The notes under the pieces: generated by a model
What the model was told of the DNA's origin: nothing
Database searches by the model: none
Seen by the model: the letters and a program-made list of their open reading frames with translations, nothing else
Made by a program: the position numbers and the translations under genes
Shown: piece by piece, positions 52,001 through 64,000 of the stretch
How positions within the stretch are numbered: position 1 is the stretch's first letter
How the letters are laid out: each line of letters starts with the position of its first letter
Assembly (NCBI RefSeq): GCF_964355755.1
Contig: NC_092675.1
Location: forward strand, 26,074,912-26,138,911
Length of the DNA stretch: 64,000 nt
Direction: 5' to 3'
From: Antedon mediterranea
Lineage: Eukaryota > Animalia > Echinodermata

Positions 52001-55000
52001 GGCCTATAAAACATGAAAAAAATATTTCGTTACTGAGTGGATAAAGAATATATTTAAAAATTGTTCCTCTTTGTACCTATCCGCTTTCCCATCCCTCAAC
52101 CCTAATGTTACATACAAAACACAAATTGGGTTTCTTTAAATGAGTCCAAATCAAAAACTTGGACTCATTTTGTGATAAGTTTCTCCTTCGGAAGTAATTC
52201 CCAGGGTGCTAATTTTAGTTGACTACATAAATCATCGTGTCTATTTATTTGTTTCTGTAAACGACAATGTATAGGCCTATAGTCCTGCGGTACGTACATT
52301 TGAAATCGCCAGTTTTGTTACGCTGAAATTACTGTGTATTCGAGAACCATCTGTGGGAACGACCTAGATGGTACGCGAGCGAAGCGAGCGTACCATCTAG
52401 TTTGATTTAATGTACAGATTTTGTTATACTAGTATGTCAAAAAGTATTTAAAAAAAAAATGAATCTGTATTTTTTGTGTTGCTGTTCTCTTGTTAGTCAA
52501 CTGAAACCTATTGTTAGTTCAAAGGATGGTTACATAACCATTACACTAACTTGTTGAGTTGAGTGTTGCAGTGAAAAAAAAAAAAAATTATCCAAACCCA
52601 AACCAAAAGTTAAATAGAACCAATAAAAATTAACTAATTAATTTTTTATATATTTATATTTTGAATTGTCAGGAATTATTAATGCCACATTTGTACCAGC
52701 AAATAACAACCAGAACACAACTGCATCATGTTCAGTAAAACATTATGGTACAAAAAACATTACAACAATGATTATGGTGACTAACAAACATTTCACTGAA
52801 AATATTACAAAAGTGGTAGAAATAGAACAAGATGGTGAGAATATAACAACATACACATTTTCGGTGACATCAAATGTTGATTCAACTTATGAATGTGTAA
52901 TTGCATACCCATGTTTTTCGGCTCGGAGACAAATATTTGCTGATATTTTTCGTAAGTAATAAAAACTATAATCAAAATTTGCGTTACTTTTAAATCATTT
53001 CAACAATTCTATCTTACTAGGGAAATATTTTTATATTTACATCACACTTGAATGTTATATTTGTTTATTTGAAGAGAATCAGTTAAATGCGCCTATTGAA
53101 CTTGGGTCTGCCTTGTTTGATTACACAGTTCCAATTCAACTCATGAAAATATTGCTCTCACATTTCCATTTTTGAGCATTGACTGTATTTATTTCATATG
53201 AGCTAAACTAATTGACTATTATTTTTACATTTTATAAACAACTTATTAGGGTTGCCTGTCTACAATGGAAGCTTGACAGTACTCAATATATCAGGATCCT
53301 TTATCACCATTGAATGGACGGCATGGGACAGCAATATTGATTATGGAAATGGTCCAGTTGTTGGATACTTTTTATACCACAAACTGAGCAATACAAATGA
53401 TTGGAAGAAGACATTATATGAGAATTCTTTATCGGGCACTGTTAATGGGTTGTGTGATAAAGAATACACTTTTAGTGTTTCTGCTGTGAGACCTGGTGAA
53501 GGGGGTGAAGGACCAATTGGAAAAGATGGAGTCACAGTAAAACCTCATTGTGAAAGTAAGTGAGCACTGTAGGTACAAATATAGAATCATAACTGGGAGT
53601 TTGTAATGTGAAACATTCACATTTTTGGGATAATTACCACTTTATTGGACATCTGTTGCCTTGTTCAAGGAGGTTGCAAACTTTTTAACTTTACTTACCA
53701 CTTAAAACACCAGATAACCTAAAGTTGAAAATGATACAGTAGTAATGGGATATTGTGACTTTCGCCCTTTTGCCGACAATGTGAAGTATTTTTCTTTTTA
53801 TTTCTTGCCAGAAATTATCAATGCCACATTTGTAGCAGCAAATAACAACCAGAACACAACTGCTTCATGTTCAGTAAAACATTATTGTACAAAAAACATT
53901 ACAACAATGATTATGGTGACTAACAAACATTTCACTGAAAATATTACAAAACTGGTAGGAATAGAACAAGATGGTGAGAATATAACAACGTACACATTTA
54001 CTGTGACATCAAATGTTGATTCAATTTACAAATGTGTAATTGTGCATGAAGGATTTTCTGTTCAACGTGAAATTTTACCTGAAGTGTTTCGTAAGTCAAA
54101 CAAATTGTAATAATTAAAGATTGAAATATAAATCTGCATTACTTTTTTAATCTTTCCAGCTGTTATGTGTTATTAATGAAACATTTTTATATTATTACAA
54201 AACCGAAGCATGTCATTTATGGCCTAGTCTTTGACCTACCAAGACAAACTGTAAGATTCGACAACTAGACCCTGTCTGGAATAAAACAGACAATCTTTCA
54301 ACTCATGAAAATACTCTCGTCTTAACTATTTAAATTATTCTCTGCTCAACTATTAACTATTGTTGATTATTGACATCAATACACAACATTTTTTATTAGG
54401 GTTACCAGTCTACGCTGGAAACTTGACGGTACTTAATATCTCAGGATCCTTTATCACCATTGAATGGACGGCATGGAACAGCAATACTGACGATGGAGAT
54501 GGTCCAGTTGTTGGATACTTTTTATACCACAAACTGAGCAATACAAATGATTGGAAGAAGACATTATATGAGAATTCTTTATCAGGCACTGTTAATGGGT
54601 TGTGTGATAAAGAATACACTTTTAGTGTTTCTGCTGTGAGACCTGGTGAAGGGGGTGAAGGACCAATTGGAAAAGATGGAGTCACAGTAAAACCTCATTG
54701 TGAAAGTAAGTGAGCACTGTATGTACAACTATAGAATCATAACTGGCAATGTGTAATGTGACACATTCACATTTCTAGGCTAATTACCACTTTTTTGGAC
54801 ATCTGTTGCCTTGTTCGCGATACCTTACAAACTTTTTGACTTCCTTAACTTATAAACTCCAAATATCTAATTTGAAATGTATATAGTAGTAATGGAATAG
54901 TGTGAGTTTTGCCCTTTTTCTGATAATGTGCACCTAAAGACATTTTTTTTTAAATTTGTTTTCAGAAATTATCAATGCCACATTCGCTCCAGCAAATAAC

Positions 55001-58000
55001 AACCAGAACACAACTGCATCATGTTCAGTAAAATATTATTGTACAAAAAACATTACAACAATGATTATGGTGACCAACAAACATTCCACTGAAAATATTA
55101 CAAAACTGGTAGGAATAGACCAAGATGGTAAGAATATAACAACATACACATTTTCTGTGACATCAAATGTTGATTCAACTTACAAATGTGTAATTGTGCA
55201 TGAAGGATTTTCTGTTCAACGTGAAATTTTACCTGAAGTGTTTCGTAAGTCAAACAAATTGTAATAATTAAAGATTGAAATATAAATCTGCATTACTTTT
55301 TTAATCTTTCCAGCTGTTATGTGTTATTAATGAAACATTTTATATTATTACAAAACCGAAGCATATCATATATGGCCTAGTCTTTGACCTTCCAAGACAA
55401 ACTGTAAGATTCGACAACTAGACCCTGTCTGGAATAAAACAGACAATCTTTTAACTCATGAAAATACCCTCCCCTTAACTATTTAAATTATTCTCTGCTT
55501 AACTATTTAAATTGTTGATTATTGACATCAATACACAACATTTGTTATTAGGGTTACCAGTCTACGCTGGAAACTTGACGGTACTTAATATCTCGGGATC
55601 CTTTATCACCATTGAATGGACGGCATGGAACAGCACTGACGATGGAGATGGTCCCGTTGTTGGATACTTTTTATACCACAAACTGAGCAATACAAATGAT
55701 TGGATGAAGACATTATATGAGAATTCTTTATCAGGCACTGTTAATGGGTTGTGTGATAAAGAATACACTTTTAGTGTTTCTGCTGTGAGACCTGGTGAAG
55801 GGGGTGAAGGACCAATTGGAAAAGATGGAGTCACAGTAAAACCTCATTGTGAAAGTAAGTATAATACACAGGTACCAGGATTGCCTGGTGAAGGGAGTGA
55901 AGGACCAATTGGAAAAGATGGAGTCACATTAAAACCTCATTGTGAAAGTAAGTGAGCACTGTATGTCAACTAAAGAATCACAACTGGGAATGTGTATTGT
56001 GAAACATTCACATTTTTGGGATAATTACCACTTTATTGGACATCTGTTGCCTTTGTTCAAGGAGGTTGTAAATTTTTAAACTTTACTTACCACTTAAAAC
56101 ACCAGATAACCTAAAGTTGAAAATGATACAGTAGTAATGGGATATTGTGACTTTCGCCCTTTTGCTGACAATGTGAAGTATTTTTCTTTTTATTTCTTGC
56201 CAGAAATTACCAATGCCACATTTGTTCCAGCAAATAACAACCAGAACACAACTGCATCATGTTCAGTAAAACATTATGGTACAAAAAACATTACAACAAT
56301 GATTATGGTGACTAACAAACATTTCACTAAAAATATTACAAAACTGGTAGAAATAGAACAAGATGGTGAGAATTTAACAATGTACACATTTTCTGTGATG
56401 TCAAATGTTAATTCAACATACAAATGTGTAATTGTGCATGAAGGATTTTTAGCTCAGAGAGAAGTTTTACCTGAAGTGTTTCGTAAGTAAAACAAATTGT
56501 AATTAAAGATTGTTTCAAATACAACAGTCAATCTTTCAACTCATGAAAATACTCTCCACTCAACTATTTAAATTGTTGATTATTGACATAAATACACATT
56601 TTTTATTAGGGTTACCAGTCTACGCTGGAAACTTGACGGTACTTAATATCTCAGGATCCTTTATCACCATTGAATGGATGGCATGGAACAGCAATACTGA
56701 TGATGGAGATGGTCCAGTTGTTGGATACTTTTTATACCACAAACTGAGCAATACAAATGATTGGAAGAAGACATTATACGAGAATTCTTTATCAGGCACT
56801 ACTAATGGGTTGTGTGATAAAGAATACACTTTTAGTGTTTCTGCTGTGAGACCTGGTGAAGGGGGTGAAGGACCAATTGGAAAAAATAAAGTCACAGTTA
56901 AAACTCATTGCGAAAGTAAGTATAATACACAGGTACCAGTATTGCTTTCTTAGATGAAAAAATTATCAAAATAATAGTAATGCGCTGCATCTTCATTCAA
57001 GAATAAGCGACTTTGATAACCAGAGGGTGGCCTATTTACAAAGTCAATCAGTACAAAAATGTCCATCTAGGCCCTAGCGTGGTGATGTAAATTTACATCA
57101 TCGCGCTAGCCTCGCTCCTATTGCACTCTTTTTGTCCCTTTTACCTTTAAAATATGGCGCCCTCTGGAGTTATTGAAGTCGCTTATTAAAATAGACATAT
57201 CCGTTTCTGGATTCTCGTTTAAAAACACATAAATATTATTTTTTGTATTTAAATTAACTAATCAAAATTCATGTCAATACATTACATCATAATATTATAT
57301 ATACGGTATATGTTTATTATATATAAACATATGTTTATTATATGTTATAAACGGCAGTGTTATATAGTCGTCATCACCATAATCATCATTTCCTATGTAC
57401 TATAGAAGAAATAATTTAATATTAAATATAATATTTGTTGTTATTGTTATTACAGTAAACATTGATACATTTTATGAAGAAAATTGTGAAGTTGAATGTA
57501 ATAAATCATGTGGGTTTCAAAGAGTGAATGGCACATGTAAGGAAAGCATGTGTATGCCTTATTTGCTTGAACCTGATTGCGATGTTGGTAAGTCCTTGTT
57601 ACTTATAGATTAGTTTAAATGAGTATTCGTTTATTTGCCGAGAACCGCACTAGTAAAGATGAAGTTATTGCCCTTTTATAATCCAAACTAGTCTAGGGTC
57701 GTGTTTATACAACACCCTAAATTTGAACACGGCTTTAATTTTTAGCGTGTTGTTCGGATCGAGGTCAACCCACCTTAACGTTTGCTGTTATACTAGAAAT
57801 CACGATACCGTGTTGTACCGGAAGTTTCATCAACACGCAGTGCATGCTAGGATAAAAGGTCAAATCGTTGATCGCTTGAATTGGCGGAGCTGATCGTCGC
57901 CTCCTCGCTGTCCGATGTATTCGCGCGGTTTTTACCATTTTCATTATTGTATTTGTTCACGTTTGCATTGTGTTTATTTTGTTCTCGGTTCATTTAAATT

Positions 58001-61000
58001 AATAAAAGTTATTTTAAGGGTTTCATTGTTTCTTCTATACACTATGGAAGAAGATGCCATTTTTGCGATGTTATTTTTTATTCTGTTTGGAGAGGGAAAT
58101 GATAGAGGCCTACTACCACTACGAGTTGGCCCCACTAGGCTAGGCGGAAGACGTGGTAGGAGGATGATTGCTGGCAGCGAAGCAGCAATAAATGGGCCCA
58201 ATCTTGTTAGCAACGTTGCATGACATGATTGATATTACGACCTGTTTTAACGAGAGGTCAAAATATACCCTGAGGACACTTCCAACACGGTAACGGGGAC
58301 CGGGAATCCACCAAATTTTAGGATTCAGCCAAGTAGCCTTTTTTGCAATTAAAATCTCATTACACGGAATCTCTTTGTTGTTATACAACACACTTCTCGT
58401 AGGCGTGTAGAATATGCGTGTAATAGCGTGTTGTTTAAACGCGCCCTAGGTGGTCATTAATTTACTTAATATTGGTAAACAGATAATATTTTGGCACACA
58501 TGGCATTTCATACGTATTATACTTGAGATTCACAAATTGAAATGATTGGTGGAATAACAAGAAATATTTCCTACAAAAAAAAAAAACCTCGGCTTTTAGT
58601 TTTAATTATTGTTTTTGTCATTAAATGATGTTTTTTTGAAGTGATATATTCTATTTGATAAATTAGGAAATAATGATTTATTATCAATTTATATTTGTTT
58701 GACAATCAGTAGGCCTAAAAATGTAGTGTAGGATACATACAGCTTTCGACAAACGTGTCTTCATACATTTCAAAGACTCTCTTCTCCCATACGGGGTTTG
58801 AGCATGCCCAGTCCGAGTTTCCAAAGACCAATTATTTTCAGCCATACCAAACAATAAGCTACCGCATGGTAACTCTAATGATTCCGTTCTCTTGGATATA
58901 ACTGCCTAACCTAAAGGAGCGGAGCGAAAAAATTAACAAGATAATAACTGGAGACTGGGCAAGTCTAAGGTCCATGGAAAACCTGTGTGTCTGGAGTCAG
59001 TTCAACAATTCATTGTATGCTGTACTATTTGGATTTTTAGACACGACTTACACTTCCAACATTAACAAACAATGCATAGCCTATCAATCTTCAGTCATCA
59101 ATGCTGAATTTACTGTTGTCAAGAAAATCTAAAAAAATATTTATATTTACATATTGCACATTTCCAAACTAGTCTACGTTCTAGACGGTGATTCACTTAG
59201 GTAAAAAGATAATATTTGGGCACACATGGCATTTCATACGTATATTGCTTGAGATTGACAGACAAAAAATGAAATGATTTGTAGAATAACAAAATTAACA
59301 AGATAATAACTAGAGTCTGGGCAAGTCTAAAGTCCACCATGCAAAACCTGTGTGTCTGGAGTGCAGTTCAACAATTCATTGTACACTGTACTATTTGGAT
59401 TTTTAGACACGACTTGAACTTCCAACATTAACAAACAATGCATATCAATCTTCATTCACACATTGCTGAATTTACTGTTGTCAAGAAAATCTAAAAAAAT
59501 ATTTATATTTATTTGAATTGTAAGGGTTCTATACAATAATAAGGTATTCTGTGTTAGTGTACGATGTAGAATTTATTTTTCTTTGATAATTTATTTAATC
59601 TGCTTTACTTTTTCATTTTTTGTCAGAAATTATTAGTGCCACATTTGTAGCAGCAAATAACAACCAGAACACAACTGCATCATGTTCAGTAAAACATTAT
59701 GGTACAAAAAACATTACAACAATGATTATGGTGACTAACAAACATTTCACTGAAAATATTACAAAACTGGTAGGAATAGAACAAGATGGTGAGAATATAA
59801 CAACGTACACATTTTCTGTGACATCAAATGCTGATTCAACTCACAAATGTGTAATTGTGCACAAAGGATTTTCAGTTTATAGAGAAATGTTTGCTAAAAT
59901 ATTTTGTAAGTAGGAAAAATTATAATCAAGTTTAAATCTATATTATTTTTTAAAATGTATGTTATTATTATATTAATATTTATATTAATACACTTTGTAC
60001 AATTTGTTTTCATGTTCTGTAGGTTATATATTTTATTATATTACACAGCCAGCTTTTCATGTTGTGTAATGTGACAGGTATTTGAATAGTTTGCAACTAT
60101 AAAATAACAACCTGCAATACATAAATACATTACTAACTGTTCTACCGGCAAAAACTTAGCGTCTCATTTGCATGACTTAGCATTTCACATTCATATTCAG
60201 CTCAGCCCAGTGCCTCGTTGCATAAAGTAATCATACATTAACTCAAGAAAATTTCTTTTTCATTTCAACTCATAAACATTCATATTTGTATTTTAATATG
60301 AATAAGTAGTAATGTACTAGCAATTTTCGTTAAATGTTAATTAATAACAGGATTAATATTGATTTTGATGGTGAGATATTATTCTGTTAAAAAACTAATC
60401 TTGTTATTGTTTTAAACCACAACATTTTTATTAGGGTTACCTGTCTATACTGGAAAATTGGCGGTACTTAATATTTCAAGCTCCTTTATCACCATTGAAT
60501 GGACAGCATGGAACAGCAATACTGATGATGGAGATGGTCCAGTTGTTGGATACTTTTTATACCACAAACTGAGCAATACAAATGATTGGAAGAAGACATT
60601 ATATGAGAATTCTTTATCAGGCACTGTTAATGGGTTGTGTGATAAAGAATACGGTTTTGGTGTTTCTGCTGTGAGACCCGGTGAAGGGGGTGAAGGACAA
60701 ATTGGAAAAGAGGAAATCACAGTACACAATCATTGTGAAAGTAAGTGTAATACATTTATCAATACAGCATCAGAAATAGAAATTGACAATGTAATACATT
60801 CAAATTAAAACACCAATGATTATAAACTTTATTGCCTTTGCAACTAAACATCTCCAGTTAATTTGAAATATAAAGTGTAATATTGGTTATTTATACTATT
60901 GATTGATAAATTTTGTAATTGTAAAGTCCTATTTCATGTTTATTTTTTGTTTTTATTTACTATTTCATTTGAGGTGTGTTTTGCTCTTTCTTGAAAATAT

Positions 61001-64000
61001 GAATGTATTGTAAACAACTTGTTTTTATTTCTTGTCAGAAATTATCAATACCACATTTGTAGCAGCAAATAACAACCAGAACACAACTGCATCATGTTCA
61101 GTAAAACATTATGGTACAAAAAACATTACAACAATGATTATGGTGACCAACAAACATTTCACTGAAAATATTACAAAACTGGTAAAAATAGAACAAGATG
61201 GTGAGAATATAACAACGTACACATTTTCTGTGATAGCAAATGTTGATTCAACATACAAATGTGTAATTGTGCACAACGGATTTTTAGTTCAGCGAGAAAT
61301 GTTTGCTAAAATATTTCGTAAGTAGGACAAATTGTAATCAAGTTTAAATCTATATTACTTTTTGAAATGTATGTTATTATTATATTAATATTTATTTTAA
61401 TACACTTAGTGTTTCCTAATTTGTTTTCATGTGCTGTAGGTCATTTATTTTAATATTATATTACAACAGCCAACTTTTTATAAAATGTTGTATTCATGTT
61501 GTGTAAATGTGACAGGGATTTGAATAGTTTGCAACTAAATACCAACCTGCAATACATAAATACATTACTAACTGCTCTGCCAGCAAAAACTGAGCATCTC
61601 ACTTGCATAACTTAGCATTTCACATTCCTATTCAGCTCAGCTCAGTGCCTCATTGAATAAGTAAAGTATCATACTGTTAACTCAAGCAATTTTCTCCTTT
61701 TCAACTCATAAACCTTCATATTAGTATATTAATAAAGTAGTCATGCACTTTTCATTTACAGTTTAATGTTAATTAATATCAGGATTAATATTTGATTTTT
61801 GGTTTATTAAAATTTCTTGAGTATTGACTGATGTCATGGTGGGATTATTGTGTTAAAAAACTAATCTTGTTATTGTTTTAAACCACAAAATTATTTTTAG
61901 GGTTACCTTTCTGTACTGGAAAATTGGCTGTACATAATATTTCAACCACCTTTATCACCATTGAATGGACTACATGGAACAGCGATACTGACGATGGAGA
62001 TGGTCCAGTTGTTGGATACTTTTTATACCACAAACTGAGCAATACAAATGATTGGAAGAAGACATTATATGAGAATTCTTTATCAGGCACTAATAATGGG
62101 TTGTGTGATAAAGAATACACTTTTAGTGTTTCTGCTGTGAGACCTGGTGAAGGGGGTGAAGGACCAATTGGAAAAAATAAAGTCACAGTAAAACCTCATT
62201 GTGAAAGTAAGTGAGATATAAATATTTATCAATACAGTATCACAAATAGGAATTTACAATGTTATCCATTTTAGGCCAATGATTATATATGCTACAGTTA
62301 AGTTTAGGTTTACTGGTGTACAAACTTGCTGGCGGGCTGATTATTACATTTTTATTTCAACCTTAAATACAATTGATTTTTTGCGTTTTATATTTATATA
62401 TTCGTCTACGCCAAAAGAAAGTTTAGTGTAAACAACAATTTGAATTTATACTGAAATTTGTGTTGTTTCAGGTATTAGTTTAGTTGTTTGATCAATTATT
62501 TTCGTAGTTTATAACGATTATTTTGTTTTTCCTTTTAAAAAGTAAACATCAAATATATATGGAAATTTCAACTACTAATGCGTTATATGATCAATACGTG
62601 TACCGGGATTATGCCAGTTTCAATTCATCAGAGTAAAGTATTTCATTCATTATTTTGTTTCAATTTAAACTTATATATCATATGTATATTTTGATATTTA
62701 CAAAAGTAAATAAACATTGTTGAACTCTATTTTAAATGTCTTACAATAGATCAAAAGGTTTTGACAATTAGAATTATTTAATGTTTGAAAGTTGAATATT
62801 AAAAATTTCTATTTTTTTTTTATACTTCAAAATGTATATTTTCTATTTATTTAATCTGCTTTACTTTTTCATTTCTCATCAGAAATTATTAATACCACAT
62901 TTGTAGCAGCAAATAACAACCAGAACACAACTGCTTCATGTTCAGTAAAACATTATGGTACAAAAAACATTACAACAATGATTATGGTGACTAACAAACA
63001 TTTCACTGAAAATATTACAAAACTGGTAGGAATAGAACAAGATGGTGAGAATATAACAACGTACACGTTTTCTGTGACATCAAATGCTAATTCAACTTAC
63101 AAATGTGTAATTGTGCACAAAAGATTTTCAGTTCAGCGAGAAATGTTTGCTAAAATATTTTGTAAGTAGGAAACATTTTAATTGCATTTAAAATCCTCTT
63201 TTTTTAAAAATCTATGTAAGATTTGTATTTTGTTATATTATAGTTGTATTATGTTAAAAATCTAATCTTGTTATTGTTTTAAACCACAAAATTATTTTTA
63301 GGGTTACCTGTCTATACTGGAAAATTGGCGGTATGTAATATTTCAAGCTCATTTATCACCATTGAATGGACGGCATGGAACAGCAATACTGAAGATGGAG
63401 ATGGTCCAGTTGTTGGATACTTTTTGTACCACAAACTGAACAATATGAATGAGTGGGAAAAGACATTGTACGAGAATACTTTATCAGGCACTGTTAAAGG
63501 GTTGTGTGATCAAGAATACAGTTTTGGTGTTTCTGCTGTGAGACCCGGTGAAGGGGGTGAAGGACCAATTGGAAAAGATAAAGTCACAGTACTCAATCAA
63601 TGTGAAAGTAAGTGTAATACATTTATCAATACAGCATCAGAAATAGAAATTGACAATGTAATACATTCAAATTTCAACACCAATGATTATAAACTTTATT
63701 GCATTGCCTTTCCACAACTAAACATCTCCAGTTAATTTGAAATATAAATTGTAAAAATGATTGTACTGTATTGATTGATAGCTTTTGGTAGTTGTAAAGT
63801 CCTATTTCATGTTAATTTTTTGTTTTTATTTACTATTTCATTTTGTATTTTGCTCTTTCTTGAAAATGTGAATGTAAAAAAATTGTTTTTATTTCTTGTC
63901 AGAAATTATTAGTGCCACATTTGTACCAGCAAATAACAACCAGAACACAACTGCATCATGTTCAGTAAAATATTATGGTACAAAAAACATTACAACAATG
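46011..64000 (+). CDS. Gene D ectodomain module 3 followed by tandem Ig3-FN3 array (3'-partial; TM and tail not in window)
   Basis: Exons 46011-46298, 47192-47446, 48209-48343, 49625-49774, 50052-50183, 50583-50672. Ig3/FN3 pairs 52673-52951/53250-53555, 53812-54090/54400-54705, 54966-55244/55552-55854, 56204-56482/56610-56915. EGF4-like exon 57456-57587. Further pairs 59627-59905/60435-60740, 61039-61317/61901-62206, 62883-63161/63302-63607. Another Ig3 starts at 63903 and runs off the window. Confidence 0.8.
48982..49493 (-). mobile_element. 5'-truncated L1/Tx1-like LINE (ORF2 C-terminus, 3'UTR, poly-A)
   Basis: Poly-T at ~48982-49010 and 13-bp TSD ATTAAATTTTATT, absent from modules 1 and 2. 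The minus strand reads CPIVKRIWNLLQEKI...IIFG...IILIVKSFIYKCK...FNRKW, typical of the L1/Tx1 ORF2 end after the CCHC knuckle. Confidence 0.88.
51079..52400 (+). mobile_element. Non-autonomous Helitron (1322 bp)
   Basis: Starts TC and ends CTAG, inserted between A and T with no TSD. The empty site AAACATAA|TTTGATTTAA is present in modules 1 and 2. 3' hairpin CTAGATGGTACGC...GCGTACCATCTAG. Confidence 0.92.
57002..57187. mobile_element. MITE (~186 bp)
   Basis: Terminal inverted repeats AATAAGCGACTTTGATAACCAGAGGG / CCCTCTGGAGTTATTGAAGTCGCTTATT. Confidence 0.75.
57696..58446. mobile_element. Non-autonomous TIR DNA transposon (~750 bp, possibly PIF/Harbinger-like)
   Basis: Ends GGGTCGTGTTTATACAACAC / GTGTTGTTTAAACGCGCCC, each in a CTAG context (TA or CTAG duplication). 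The interior is GC-richer than the intron. Superfamily is tentative. Confidence 0.7.
58474..59510 (+). repeat. Local intronic tandem duplication
   Basis: ~58474-58560 matches ~59200-59290, and ~58928-59150 matches ~59291-59510. Confidence 0.8.

Larger units (their letters stand above)
29700..54430 (+). repeat. Threefold tandem segmental duplication, period ~7.7 kb (third copy lengthened by two TE insertions)
   Basis: Exons and introns are near-identical among ~29.7-37.35 kb, 37.35-45.05 kb and 45.05-54.43 kb. Equivalent ORFs start at 30646/38273/45977, 31896/39528/47230 and 35403/43106/52666. The left edge lies inside the minisatellite and is approximate. Confidence 0.92.

Noticed and set aside
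29700-54430. Triplication as a pure assembly artefact
   Set aside because: Each copy has private indels, SNPs or TE insertions, and the junctions contain novel filler. Long reads are still needed to exclude merged haplotypes.
12505-62186. Recurrent minus-strand ORFs (e.g. [20 protein letters not shown]...)
   Set aside because: They are antisense shadows of the FN3 and EGF exons, repeated only because those exons are repeated.
52673-64000. Dscam-like mutually exclusive exon array
   Set aside because: Ig3 and FN3 exons alternate and are mutually in frame, which fits a concatenated stalk. No docking/selector elements were recognised. It cannot be fully excluded without transcripts.

Overview
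AT-rich (roughly 30% GC by eye) spliced animal genomic DNA. The abundant TAGGCCTA motif suggests an echinoderm, which is an inference only. Almost the whole window is a head-to-tail (+ strand) cluster of four paralogous genes (A-D). Their ectodomains are clearly Tie/TEK-like: signal peptide, Ig1, Cys-less Ig2, EGF x4, optional Ig3, then FN3. The three genes whose 3' ends are visible (A partial, B about 802 aa, C about 693 aa) have one Gly-rich TM helix and a short tyrosine-motif tail with no kinase domain. Gene D (27.7 kb to beyond the window end) is a giant variant built from a threefold ~7.7-kb internal duplication plus a tandem array of Ig3-FN3 exon pairs. Its internal ectodomain exons are symmetric phase 1-1, giving >3000 aa if all are spliced. 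The duplication junctions join a truncated FN3 exon, a transposon fragment and a 26/28-bp minisatellite. Introns carry a non-autonomous Helitron, a 5'-truncated L1/Tx1 LINE, Helentron/DINE-1-like elements and several MITEs. Exon models were read by hand from GT(GC)-AG sites and frame continuity; there is no transcript evidence.
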